Assembly: GCA_021404905.1 (NCBI GenBank)
Contig: QWHN01000001.1
Span: forward strand, 258,810 to 322,809
From: Candidatus Saccharibacteria bacterium CPR2
Lineage (GTDB): Bacteria > Patescibacteriota > Saccharimonadia > Saccharimonadales > QWHN01
DNA length: 64,000 nucleotides
Reading direction: 5' to 3'
The notes under the pieces are model-generated. The model did no database searches and was not told the DNA's origin. It saw nothing but the letters and a program-made list of their open reading frames with translations. Position 1 is the stretch's first letter. Every line of letters begins with the position of its first letter. Positions 37,346 through 46,220 of this stretch are shown here, piece by piece. The position numbers and the translations under genes were made by a program.

Positions 37346-38563
37346 GTGTTGACCTACAACTACAAGGCGCGTGATATGCAAACTGGTAAAGTTATTAGCT
37401 CTACAGTACAGGCAGAGTCGGAATCTGCTGCTGCTAAACTTATTAGTAAAGAAGGTCTTGCGCCAGTTGATATTAAACTTCAAGGCGGTGATGGCTCCGG
37501 TCTGTTGAGTAATTTCACGAATAGGGTACGAACAAAAGATAAAGTTCTGTTTTCCCGCCAGTTATCCACCCTTATTAATGCCGGTTTACCTCTTGCCCAG
37601 GCTTTAAGGACAGTAGCGGAACAAGCGCGCTCTAAACAGTTGAAATTAATTGTTAATCAAGTCATTGCAGATGTGGAGGCCGGCCGACCGCTCTCTGAAG
37701 CCTTTTCGCGTCACCCGGATACTTTCGATAACGTCTTTATCAGCCTCATAGCAGCCGGTGAAACCTCAGGTACTCTCGACCAGGCTCTGCTTCGGATAGC
37801 CAACCAGCAGGAAAAAGATGCTGATATAAAATCTAAAATCCGTGGTGCGATGGTATATCCGGCAATAGTTTTGGTTGTTATCACTGGTGTAATTATTTTT
37901 ATGATGACAACAGTACTGCCTCAGGTAGAAATTCTCTATAACGACCTCAATAAATCATTGCCTTGGTATACGGCGGGGTTAATGTTTGTGTCTAGAATTC
38001 TCATAAGATTCTGGTATTTGTTTATAATCAGCTTTTTTGTTGGAATATATTTCCTTGTCAGATATGGAAAAACTGAGGCAGGAAGGTCAACTTACGATAG
38101 TCTTAAGCTAAATACGCCCTTGTTTGGTAAACTTTTTCGTAAAATGTATATGGCAAGATTCTCTAGGACCGGACAAACCCTAATGTCTACCGGAGTACAA
38201 ATGCTAGAAACTTTAAAAATTACCTCTAAAGCAGTCAATAATGTTCACGTGGAGCAGAATATAATTAAAGCCTCGGAGAAAGTAAAAGGGGGCAAAGCGC
38301 TTTCTGATGGGTTGAAAGATCAGCCGTATATTGAATCGCTAGTTCCTCAAATGATAGCGATTGGAGAAAAATCTGGAGGTATAGACGAAATGATGGGTAA
38401 AACAGCGGATTATTACGAAAAAGAGTTGGATGCGCAGATAAAGGCCTTATCTACCACCATAGAGCCTGTTTTGATGGTAGTTTTGGCTGCTGTAGCAGCA
38501 TTTATGGTCGCCGCAATATTATTGCCGGTTTACGGACTGGTCGGCCAAAGCCTGGCTTTATAA
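37346..38563 (+). CDS. pilC: type IV pilus platform protein PilC (GspF family)
   Basis: Two GspF repeats, three TM segments, and a conserved N-terminus (LTYNYKARDMQTGKV). Start set at GTG 37346, 9 nt after SD GGGAGG. The track ORF starts at GTG 37328, which would overlap that SD. Confidence 0.85.
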   Translation: MLTYNYKARDMQTGKVISSTVQAESESAAAKLISKEGLAPVDIKLQGGDGSGLLSNFTNRVRTKDKVLFSRQLSTLINAGLPLAQALRTVAEQARSKQLKLIVNQVIADVEAGRPLSEAFSRHPDTFDNVFISLIAAGETSGTLDQALLRIANQQEKDADIKSKIRGAMVYPAIVLVVITGVIIFMMTTVLPQVEILYNDLNKSLPWYTAGLMFVSRILIRFWYLFIISFFVGIYFLVRYGKTEAGRSTYDSLKLNTPLFGKLFRKMYMARFSRTGQTLMSTGVQMLETLKITSKAVNNVHVEQNIIKASEKVKGGKALSDGLKDQPYIESLVPQMIAIGEKSGGIDEMMGKTADYYEKELDAQIKALSTTIEPVLMVVLAAVAAFMVAAILLPVYGLVGQSLAL

Positions 38564-38586
38564 AATAAACAAATTTTCAGTTATCA

Positions 38587-38611
38587 TCCGCTGGCCAGCG
38601 GACCAGTTTTC
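38587..38611 (+). terminator. GC-rich perfect palindrome TCCGCTGGCCAGCGGA + T-run (putative pilC terminator)
   Basis: A 16-bp perfect palindrome followed by ACCAGTTTTC. A near-identical palindrome (TCCACTGGCCAGTGGA) lies after the GT2 gene at 57410-57425. Confidence 0.4.
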
Positions 38612-38975
38612 AAACAATTGTCGATTTCATATTATCAGAATTAATTTTGCGAGTTATAGCCTGTAGTATTAGCAATATTTCCTTGCATTCAAGTAAACAG
38701 TTATCTATTAGTTTATTATTTGGTTCACATGTTTTTAATATTTTTAACCAGTATGTAGTTTCTTGTGCTTCTTTCTTTGCAATATATATTTTGTTTCGAA
38801 AATCTTTTTTAGAACTGGCATTGTTCGCTTCTGCATAGTTAGCGCCAATACTTGTACCCGAACGAATTAATTGAGTAACTATTGGACGGCTAATAATATC
38901 TATTTTTGCAGACCTACACAGTGTGATGATATCTTGCCCGAACTTTATAGTTCTATCTTCAAGTTGATACTTCAT
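38610..38975 (-). CDS. four-helix-bundle protein (TIGR02436-like)
   Basis: LIRSGTSIGANYAEANNASSKKDFRNKIYIAKKEAQETTYWLKIL matches the family signature. Paralog of the ORF at 22727-23098. Confidence 0.75.
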   Translation of the reverse strand: MKYQLEDRTIKFGQDIITLCRSAKIDIISRPIVTQLIRSGTSIGANYAEANNASSKKDFRNKIYIAKKEAQETTYWLKILKTCEPNNKLIDNCLLECKEILLILQAITRKINSDNMKSTIV

Positions 38976-39071
38976 TTAAAGGTAATATACGCAAATATTA
39001 ATATTTATACACAAGAATTATGTTTGAAAACTGAAAACTGATTCTTGAAAACTATTATCATATTTTCCCTA

Positions 39072-39101
39072 TTGACGTCCTCATAACTACTCAAGTACAA
39101 T
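39072..39101 (+). promoter_or_regulatory. sigma-70-type promoter for the major pilin (TTGACG-N18-TACAAT)
   Basis: Hexamers and spacing read from the sequence. It is followed by a ~45-nt leader with SD AAAGGGTG before ATG 39149. Confidence 0.5.
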
Positions 39102-39148
39102 TTCAACCATAAGCATATAATGCATAAATTTAGAAAGGGTGTGGCATT

Positions 39149-39667
39149 ATGTATAAAAATCTAAAATCTAAAGAAGAAGGCTTTACTATCATCGAGGTAG
39201 TCTTAGTGCTTGCCATAGCAGCCTTGATATTCCTGATTGTGTTTCTAGCCCTGCCTGCGTTACAAAGATCACGACGCGACACTCAACGTAAGGACGATGC
39301 GGGTAAAATCGTATCGTCACTAGAGACTTATGCCTCGGCGAATAATGGTGATTATCCTGCGGCGGCCACGGGTAATGCTAATACAAACTTCGGTACGAAC
39401 GGTGCTGGTAACTCATTTTGGGAACGGTATGTTGATATTGACGATACCGTAAGAGATCCATCTACAGGTAATCCGTATACTATAGAAGTAGGAGTAAATA
39501 ATGGAGATGCGTCAGCTGATTTTGCTGCTCCGAGGGGGAATGAAGTTGTTTATGGTCTCAATGCTCGATGCAACGGTGAATTTATGCAAGCTGGTGGTGG
39601 CAACAGGGAAGTGGCCGTTGTTGTAGAGATGGAAAACGGACAAGCGTTTTGCCAAGACAACAGATAG
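39149..39667 (+). CDS. pilA: type IV (major) pilin
   Basis: Class III signal with prepilin cleavage/methylation motif (KSKEEG|FTIIEVVLVLAIAALIFLIV) and Glu+5. It has its own strong promoter and terminator, and a C-terminal Cys pair (C…C). Confidence 0.8.
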   Translation: MYKNLKSKEEGFTIIEVVLVLAIAALIFLIVFLALPALQRSRRDTQRKDDAGKIVSSLETYASANNGDYPAAATGNANTNFGTNGAGNSFWERYVDIDDTVRDPSTGNPYTIEVGVNNGDASADFAAPRGNEVVYGLNARCNGEFMQAGGGNREVAVVVEMENGQAFCQDNR

Positions 39668-39686
39668 TCTAGTCCTGGATGGTTAA

Positions 39687-39722
39687 GGAGCCTGGTGTTG
39701 AAACTGGGCTCTTTTCTTTTCA
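39687..39722 (+). terminator. rho-independent terminator after the pilin gene
   Basis: GAGCC-N13-GGCTC stem followed by TTTTCTTTT. Confidence 0.65.
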
Positions 39723-39829
39723 TTCTTTAGTATTACTCTGCGCCAATCGTTCCCTCACACCAATTCAAGCCTAATAATAACCAGCTCAATAATCAACCTA
39801 TATCAAACACGCGCTACCTTGCCCATTTA

Positions 39830-39861
39830 CTTGTCCGATCGGACACAAAACCGGGCAATAT
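39830..39861. promoter_or_regulatory. palindromic element TTGCCC-N6-TGTCCGATCGGACA-N6-GGGCAA (copy b)
   Basis: 14-bp perfect palindrome plus an outer inverted TTGCCC/GGGCAA pair. It lies just 3' of the gene at 39880-40383. Confidence 0.5.
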
Positions 39862-39879
39862 AAAAAGAAATTAAACTAG

Positions 39880-40383
39880 CTATTTCTTGTAAATATCAAG
39901 TTTATGGGCTTCATATACATCTATGTAGTCTTCAAGACCTAGCTCTTTAATCTCTGATAAAAGTAGCGTCCTAAAGTCATATTTACTTATCCATACGCTC
40001 TTTTGGGCTTGCGAAAAACGAAATTCCCTAAGTACAGCCCTAAATCTTCGTCTTTTCCATCTTTCAGACTCTGGAATGTCAAATGTTACCATAAGGCATA
40101 CATTCTCTTTTAGCAATTTTGGTTTATAAATCTTTGCTTTTTGCAGTCCTTTATTAGTTAGTCTAGGTATGCCTTCACGATCCAGCTCAACTAGTCCACG
40201 TTTTATGGCTTGATAATAGGAGTTCTTAATTGTTTTTGATTTACGTTTAGATATTTTTTCAAGATCATAGAAGAATTTACTTGGCACAAATGCCAGCTTT
40301 AAATTAGCTTCAGTGTAGGGAATAAGTGCGGATAAAACATAGGTCAAAGCTGATTTACTTCTAGGCTTGTTGTTGTGGCTCAT
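39880..40383 (-). CDS. PaaX-like protein: N-terminal winged-HTH-like region + C-terminal Cas2-like (ferredoxin-fold) domain
   Basis: The C-terminal ~90 aa follow the Cas2 core pattern (LMVTFDIPESERWKRRRFRAVLREFRFSQAQKSVWIS … EDYIDVYEA, compare LVLVTYDV…[25 protein letters not shown] … EDSIRIY). No CRISPR array or cas1 is in the window. It is flanked by palindrome copies b and c. TACTAT lies 6 nt upstream of its ATG. Confidence 0.55.
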   Translation of the reverse strand: MSHNNKPRSKSALTYVLSALIPYTEANLKLAFVPSKFFYDLEKISKRKSKTIKNSYYQAIKRGLVELDREGIPRLTNKGLQKAKIYKPKLLKENVCLMVTFDIPESERWKRRRFRAVLREFRFSQAQKSVWISKYDFRTLLLSEIKELGLEDYIDVYEAHKLDIYKK

Positions 40384-40402
40384 AAAAACATAGTAACACT
40401 TT

Positions 40403-40434
40403 TATGTCCGATCGGACATAAAAGTGGGCAAAGT
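40403..40434. promoter_or_regulatory. 28-bp perfect palindrome ACTTTTATGTCCGATCGGACATAAAAGT followed by GGGCAAAG (copy c)
   Basis: Read directly from the sequence. It overlaps the -35 region of the Cas2-like gene's promoter, in the divergent region shared with pilD. Confidence 0.55.
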
Positions 40435-40508
40435 AACTGTTAGTTACTAGGGTTGTAGATAGATTATAAAATGGTTCGTTACGGGGCATTATGCTAACAT
40501 AATAGCTA

Positions 40509-41360
40509 ATGGAATTTGTTGTACTCATAGTTTTGGGGCTATGTGCTGGCAGTTTTGCCAACGCTGCCATTTGGCGAATCCACGAGCAAAGCAAATTAAA
40601 GTCAAAAAAACCTGCAAATTGGTCCGCTGACCAGCGGATGAAAACTGAAAACTTGAGCGTCCTGAGGGGCCGTTCCATGTGCCCAAACTGTAAGCACCAG
40701 TTAGCCGCAAAAGACTTAGTGCCAGTTCTTAGCTGGGTATCTCTTGGCGGAAAGTGTCGATATTGCAAAAAGCCGATATCGATCCAATATCCATTGGTAG
40801 AGATAACAGGAGCATTATTGTTTCTTGCAAGCTATATCTGGTGGCCATTTGGTTTGAGCGGTTTTGTGGATTACGCAAGATTTGGCATTTGGCTAGTTGT
40901 GCTTACCGGACTTTTAATACTGTTTATCTATGATTTAAAGTGGCTGATTTTGCCCGATGCCGTTACTTTGCCCCTGATAGCCTTGGTTGTCTTTGAAATA
41001 GCGTTCCGCGGTATATTTCAGGAAGGCCCGGAAGCTGTTCGCGGTGCGATATTAGGAATGCTAACCATCGGCGGTTTCTTCTATGTTTTATTTGTTGTAT
41101 CAAAAGGAAAATGGATAGGCGGAGGCGATGTAAAACTTGGCATCTTACTGGGGCTTTTACTGGGCTGGCCGGCAGCTCTCGTTGGTATGGCCATTGGTTT
41201 TTACAGCGCAACTATAATAGTGATTGTATTAATGCTTCTAAGGGTTGTAAAACGCTCTCAGCACATTCCTTTTGGGCCATTTCTGATAGTTGGAGCAATA
41301 ATAGCTATGCTCTTTAGCGAGCAAATAATCGGGCTATACTACGAATTACTCTTGTACTAA
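40509..41360 (+). CDS. pilD: prepilin peptidase / N-methyltransferase PilD (A24 family)
   Basis: N-terminal TM, tetracysteine motif (CPNCKHQ…CRYCKKPI) and polytopic membrane domain with conserved Asp residues (LILFIYDLKW; GGGDVKLG). Confidence 0.88.
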   Translation: MEFVVLIVLGLCAGSFANAAIWRIHEQSKLKSKKPANWSADQRMKTENLSVLRGRSMCPNCKHQLAAKDLVPVLSWVSLGGKCRYCKKPISIQYPLVEITGALLFLASYIWWPFGLSGFVDYARFGIWLVVLTGLLILFIYDLKWLILPDAVTLPLIALVVFEIAFRGIFQEGPEAVRGAILGMLTIGGFFYVLFVVSKGKWIGGGDVKLGILLGLLLGWPAALVGMAIGFYSATIIVIVLMLLRVVKRSQHIPFGPFLIVGAIIAMLFSEQIIGLYYELLLY

Positions 41361-41542
41361 TAGCAAAGTTTTCAAAAATCAGTTTTCATTTTTCAAACTA
41401 TTTATAGATTTTAATTAGCAGTAAATATTTGAAAACCTACCTGCCGGTAGGCAGGCTGGAACTTGAAACTTGGAAACTGCATTCTGTTTACAACAGAATG
41501 CTTATGCTATAATTCCTATAAGATGAAAAGAGGTTTTTAGGG

Positions 41543-42172
41543 GTGTTGGAAAACCAAAAAGGCTTTACTCTTACTGAAGTTATGTTGTTCTTGGCTGTAT
41601 CGGGTTTTTTAATTATGATCGCCTTCGCCGGCCTCAGCGGGCGAATTAACAGAGTAAGATTTGCAGATTCCATGCGAAATTTGGAGAGTTTTTTTGAGAG
41701 TGAAGAGTCCAAAGTTCGTAATGGCGTATTTGGACCCATACCTGGCGACTGTAACGGTGGCGCTGTGGTTAGTGGAGAGTGTGTATTGTTGGGTAGACGG
41801 ATTACGTTTACGAATGTACCTCCTGATTCTTCCATAGCAAGAATAGATAATATTGTTGGTGAACGTCTACGCACAAACAGTGCTGTTCCTACAACAATAA
41901 ATGATGCTTTAAATGCTTCAAACTTAACGTATTCAAGTGCTAGTACGTATAATCTTGATTGGGGGGTGCGTTTGATAAATTCAACTGGTAGTAACATGGT
42001 TGGCTATATAAGGGATCCAAGAGCTTCTGTTATATTGCCATTTACAGGTGATCCGCCGGGAATTTCAACCTCTACTACTTTGTGTTTTAGCGATCCGGAT
42101 AATAACAACAAGGCTACCATCACCTTTAGTCCCAACGCTCAGGGCGTGGATCTAAGGTTCGAGGATTGTTAG
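41543..42172 (+). CDS. minor pilin / pseudopilin (prepilin-type N-terminus)
   Basis: QKG|FTLTEVMLFLAVSGFLIMIAFA class III signal. GTG start 9 nt after the AAGAGG SD. Confidence 0.65.
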   Translation: MLENQKGFTLTEVMLFLAVSGFLIMIAFAGLSGRINRVRFADSMRNLESFFESEESKVRNGVFGPIPGDCNGGAVVSGECVLLGRRITFTNVPPDSSIARIDNIVGERLRTNSAVPTTINDALNASNLTYSSASTYNLDWGVRLINSTGSNMVGYIRDPRASVILPFTGDPPGISTSTTLCFSDPDNNNKATITFSPNAQGVDLRFEDC

Positions 42173-42178
42173 TAGAAG

Positions 42179-42694
42179 ATGAAAATAATTAACCATTTTC
42201 AACTGAAAGAAAAAGGCGACACAATGGTGGAAGTTATGCTGGGCGTGGTAATACTCTCGATTGTTCTTGCTGCTGCTTATACTCTGGGAAATCGTGCTAC
42301 GCGAATTGGCGGAGATGCTTCGGAAAAAACTATGGTCGCTAATCTACTTCAGGAACAAGTAGAGAGAATAAAAGCAGCAAAGAAAGATGAGACATTTTGG
42401 ACAAATAATATCAATAGTAATTTATATCCGTCACCGGGCTCACCAAATTTTAACACGTGTAGCCCACCCGCAAGTGGCACTAGTGCTGGTAACCCTTTTA
42501 GACTCAATGACGGCCCGTTAAGTGTCGAAATCGTCAATGCGGGGAATCTTAGATTAAGTAACTTTTATGACGTTTGGATTGAAGGTTACCAGTATGCAGG
42601 ATATGCAGATTTCTATGTTCGCGCATGCTGGCAAAGCAGAGGAGGGGGCACAGTAGAAAAACGCGCCGACATGTTTATTAGGGTGAATCTATGA
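42179..42694 (+). CDS. minor pilin-like protein (variant prepilin N-terminus)
   Basis: EKG|DTMVEVMLGVVILSIVLAAAY. The hydrophobic N-terminal helix has Glu at +5, but Asp replaces Phe/Met at +1. Confidence 0.5.
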   Translation: MKIINHFQLKEKGDTMVEVMLGVVILSIVLAAAYTLGNRATRIGGDASEKTMVANLLQEQVERIKAAKKDETFWTNNINSNLYPSPGSPNFNTCSPPASGTSAGNPFRLNDGPLSVEIVNAGNLRLSNFYDVWIEGYQYAGYADFYVRACWQSRGGGTVEKRADMFIRVNL

Positions 42695-43284
42695 ATATAA
42701 AAAAATTCATAAAACAACAAAGCGGATTTACTATAATTGAACTTCTTTTAGCGATGGCGGTTTTTTCATTTGTGTTGATGATAACCGTAGCAGGCTTTAT
42801 TCAAGTAAATAGATCATATACTAAAGGGATAACTGTCCGCAGGGCGCAAGATTCTGCCAGAACTATCGTCGAACAACTTTCGCGCGAAATCAGGATTAGC
42901 AAAAAGGTTGCCTACGATTCTGCTTCGCGAAAATTATGCATAGATGGTGGTATTTTATATGAATGGAGCTTGGTTAACCCCGGAGTGACAATTACTGGAA
43001 CCCCAGGTACTCGTTTGGTCAGATCTGAGGGTCTAAGTTCAGATTGTAATACGGGGCCAGCTACTAATCAAACAGAGTTAATGGTTCCTAATACCTATTT
43101 AAACTCGTTTAATGTTGACGTGTCCTTGCCAGGAGATAATCTTTATAATATATCTCTCACAATAGTAGTTGAGTCAGATAACAATTTAATAAATGGCAAT
43201 TTTATGAACAACTGCTCAACTAACCCCGCAGATTCAGCGTTTTGTTATTTTGTGAGTTACTCTACAAGTGTTAATTCATTCTAA
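42691..43284 (+). CDS. minor pilin (PilW/PilV-like)
   Basis: QSG|FTIIELLLAMAVFSFVLMITVAGF prepilin motif. Coupled to the upstream gene by a 4-nt overlap. Confidence 0.65.
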   Translation: MNIKKFIKQQSGFTIIELLLAMAVFSFVLMITVAGFIQVNRSYTKGITVRRAQDSARTIVEQLSREIRISKKVAYDSASRKLCIDGGILYEWSLVNPGVTITGTPGTRLVRSEGLSSDCNTGPATNQTELMVPNTYLNSFNVDVSLPGDNLYNISLTIVVESDNNLINGNFMNNCSTNPADSAFCYFVSYSTSVNSF

Positions 43285-43321
43285 GTAGTTTAAGTGATAA
43301 AAAAATGCTAACATAACCAAT

Positions 43322-44878
43322 ATGTGTACAAGAGAGCGAAGAATGGGAGAGAAGGGCGCAGTTGCTTTCTTAACTGTTATAGTAATATCGTTAATTCTTA
43401 CCACAATTACTCTTGGATTTATCCGATTGATGACTAGCGAACAACGCCAGGCAACTGATGATGAACTTACAAAACGTGCATATTATGCAGCTGAATCTGG
43501 CATTGAAGATGCCAAGCGTGCTATTCAAGAATATTTAACTGATCCGACCGCTTATCCTAGATCAAACCTAACGGAAAATGATTGCGACCCCGCTGTGGGT
43601 TACAATCGAATTTTGTCGGCGGACTTAGATATTGAGTATGAATGTCAGCTAATTAACTTAGATGGGCTATACTACACTGCCAAATTAGGAGAGCGTGAAA
43701 CAGCTTTTTTGAAATTAAAGGTTGCCCCATCAGCAACTCAGCCGATAGCCAGTGTAAGAATTTCTTGGCATGATAAAGCTGCCGTTACTGATGGTGGCAA
43801 TGGTGCTGTTACGGGTTCCCCTAGACCAAATAACACTTTCCCTCCTCATGCTAGTTGGGGCACGAATGTGTCATTATTACGAGCGGAATTTGTAGCGCAC
43901 AATAGTCCAATAACCAGGGGGGGGATAGAAAATCTAGCAGGCTTTATTGTGCCCAGAAACTCTGGAAATATGAATTTGGGGGCTTTAAATCAAAATGTTA
44001 ACGGAGCAAGCAGTTGTGATTATTCAGCTGTAAATTCAGGTTATGCATGTCAGATAACGATAAATAATTTAGGCTCATGGAGGCAGAGCGATGAAAGATA
44101 TCTTAGACTTACCCCAGTTTATGCTGGAACAAATGTTCAAGTTGAACTTCTTGATGCCGGTGGAAGTCCAATATTAATGACAGAAGCCCAAGCGGTTATA
44201 GATGTTACCGGTAGGGCAACTGATGTTTATAGAAGGGTTGAATCCAGAATAGACATATTAAGTGAAGCAGAATTCATAAGTCCTGCAGCGATGGTTGCAG
44301 ATGAAATATGTAAAAAATTTTATATAACCAATAACGATGTTGATTTTAATAATGAATGCTATCCAGCTGCCACAACAGATCCATCCGGCAATCCAACTGG
44401 AGGTATCCCCGGCGCTGGCGGCAGCGTAGCAGGTAACGCTGCAATAGGTAATTTTGGCGGAGGGGGGGTAGTTAACGGTCCAGTAAGGCACTGGATGAGA
44501 TCATGGCCGAACGCTTCTGTTTATAATGATCCGAATACAATAAGAGGTTGCAAGTGGGAATTTGGACATAACGGACAAAATGTAGGAACTCCTCCGGGGT
44601 TTCAACTTCCAGACAATCCTGTTATAGATAGGAGTAATTCAGGTCCTGTTTCACCATGTAGAAATGGCGATAGAATGAGTCATGAATTCCCAATTATTTG
44701 TACTGGGGCAGGAGGTACGTTTAGCTCCCAAGATTCAAGAGCTTATACAATTAGATTAACAATGTATTATACCAATGGTGCTACCGTTACGGATCAAAGA
44801 ACAGAGTGGATACCTCGTCACACTTCTCAACATTCTCCTCTTTCGACTTTGCCTTGCAGAAGAGAACAAATGCCCTAG
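43322..44878 (+). CDS. large PilX-like minor pilin / pilus-tip protein
   Basis: PilX_N-like N-terminus (GAVAFLTVIVISLILTTITLGFIRLMTSEQRQATDDELTKRAYYAAESGIEDAKRAI), then a ~450-aa Gly/Asn-rich beta region. Confidence 0.5.
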   Translation: MCTRERRMGEKGAVAFLTVIVISLILTTITLGFIRLMTSEQRQATDDELTKRAYYAAESGIEDAKRAIQEYLTDPTAYPRSNLTENDCDPAVGYNRILSADLDIEYECQLINLDGLYYTAKLGERETAFLKLKVAPSATQPIASVRISWHDKAAVTDGGNGAVTGSPRPNNTFPPHASWGTNVSLLRAEFVAHNSPITRGGIENLAGFIVPRNSGNMNLGALNQNVNGASSCDYSAVNSGYACQITINNLGSWRQSDERYLRLTPVYAGTNVQVELLDAGGSPILMTEAQAVIDVTGRATDVYRRVESRIDILSEAEFISPAAMVADEICKKFYITNNDVDFNNECYPAATTDPSGNPTGGIPGAGGSVAGNAAIGNFGGGGVVNGPVRHWMRSWPNASVYNDPNTIRGCKWEFGHNGQNVGTPPGFQLPDNPVIDRSNSGPVSPCRNGDRMSHEFPIICTGAGGTFSSQDSRAYTIRLTMYYTNGATVTDQRTEWIPRHTSQHSPLSTLPCRREQMP

Positions 44879-44883
44879 CAACT

Positions 44884-45804
44884 CTACTTAGATCTATGAA
44901 ATTTTTGATGTACCTCTTTAAGATGAGGGTCTGTTATATGGGTGTAGATTTGAGTTGTAGCAATATTGCTATGCCCAAGCATAGATTGAACAGAGCGAAT
45001 GTCAGCCCCATTCATTAATAAATCCGTGGCGAACGAGTGCCTCAACGTATGGGGAGATACTTTTTTAGTGATGCCAGCTTTGCGTGCATAATTACTGATG
45101 AGCCTCTGGATACTACGTGCCGTAAGCCTCATGTATTCTCCGTCATTTGTTATGTCTTGCGATCCCGAATAGCGAATAAAAAGAGGCTGAATATTATCCG
45201 TTCTTTTTGACAGATATTCTGACACCCAGTTTGCGGCTAAATCATCAATAAATACTGGCCGGTCTTTTTGACCTTTGCCGCGTACCATAAATTCTTTTCG
45301 TTTAAGATTAATATGATCTCTGTTAAGGTTTACAAGCTCAGATATCCGAAGTCCGCTGGAAAATAAAAGCTCCAGGATCGCGCGGTCTCTTAGGCCAGTT
45401 AATGTGTTTGTGTCCGGTTGTTCAAATAATCTCTTAAGCTCATTTGGGCTCAGGAAAGTAACTTGTTTACGCCGGACTTTAGCAAGTTCAATTTTGTCAG
45501 CTGAAAGTGAGGTAATATCGCGTTTTGCCAAGTACCTCAAGAAGCTTCTGAGTGCTATTAAGTGGTAATTTTGCGTGGTTTTGGAGATTTCTTTTCCTTG
45601 CTCATCTTCGTAGCGATTTAACCAAAGGCGCCATTTTCGAACAAGCTCATTATCTATTTTGTTTATATCAACGTCATCAGCAAATTCAACTAAACGCATT
45701 AGATAAAGATGGTAGTTTGAAATAGTTTTTTGCGATCTGTTTTGCTCGACTTCCAGATATTCGAGGAAGTCAACAATGGCATCAGACAGGTAGTAACTGC
45801 TCAT
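44884..45804 (-). CDS. xerC: tyrosine site-specific recombinase (XerC/XerD family)
   Basis: N-terminal SAM-like core-binding domain. Catalytic R…HxxR…Y pattern present (LRHSFATDLLMNGADIRSVQSMLGHSNIATTQIYTHI). TACAAT lies 6 nt upstream of its ATG. Confidence 0.85.
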   Translation of the reverse strand: MSSYYLSDAIVDFLEYLEVEQNRSQKTISNYHLYLMRLVEFADDVDINKIDNELVRKWRLWLNRYEDEQGKEISKTTQNYHLIALRSFLRYLAKRDITSLSADKIELAKVRRKQVTFLSPNELKRLFEQPDTNTLTGLRDRAILELLFSSGLRISELVNLNRDHINLKRKEFMVRGKGQKDRPVFIDDLAANWVSEYLSKRTDNIQPLFIRYSGSQDITNDGEYMRLTARSIQRLISNYARKAGITKKVSPHTLRHSFATDLLMNGADIRSVQSMLGHSNIATTQIYTHITDPHLKEVHQKFHRSK

Positions 45805-45923
45805 GGATATATTGTAACAGCTAAAAAAATAAAGTTTTCAAATACCATTTTCTGTATGAACAAATCAATTTTCAAACTTTTAGTAAACTTAAAAATTACC
45901 GTTTATGTTTATCAATTTTTAGA

Positions 45924-46139
45924 TTATGAGATATTGATTTTTAAATGCTTAATATCTAATTCTTGATCTCGAACAACCTTTTCTAGTACTTGAAGCCTGT
46001 TATTGACTTGGTCAACCTTAATGTGTACTTGATTTAAATCCGATCTTATTGATGGGACATCTTTAACACACCCTTGAATTGCTTTAAGTTCATCCATAAT
46101 TGCTTCGCCTAGTACGAGTTTTCTAATTGCGTCATCCAT
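45924..46139 (-). CDS. small hypothetical coiled-coil protein
   Basis: 71 aa, heptad-rich, located upstream of xerC. TACAAT lies 6 nt upstream of the ATG. No family recognised. Confidence 0.3.
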   Translation of the reverse strand: MDDAIRKLVLGEAIMDELKAIQGCVKDVPSIRSDLNQVHIKVDQVNNRLQVLEKVVRDQELDIKHLKINIS

Positions 46140-46220
46140 GCCAGTATTGTATACAAAACGTTTGAAAACTGAAAACTGAAAAAAATGAAAATTTAACAGT
46201 ATCTAGGTATAATTATTCTT

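Noticed and set aside
39880-40383. A possible CRISPR-Cas locus, given the Cas2-like domain.
   Set aside because: No direct-repeat/spacer array, cas1 or other cas gene lies within the window. The only repeats nearby are the three palindromic elements, which are not CRISPR-like. The gene is treated as a Cas2-fold regulator or domesticated protein, not a CRISPR system.
45805-45923. The xerC-adjacent AT-rich spacer, considered as a dif-like recombination site.
   Set aside because: No 28-bp XerCD-type dyad (two 11-bp arms around a 6-bp spacer) could be recognised by eye. Only generic AT-rich DNA with AAAATT-type words is present.
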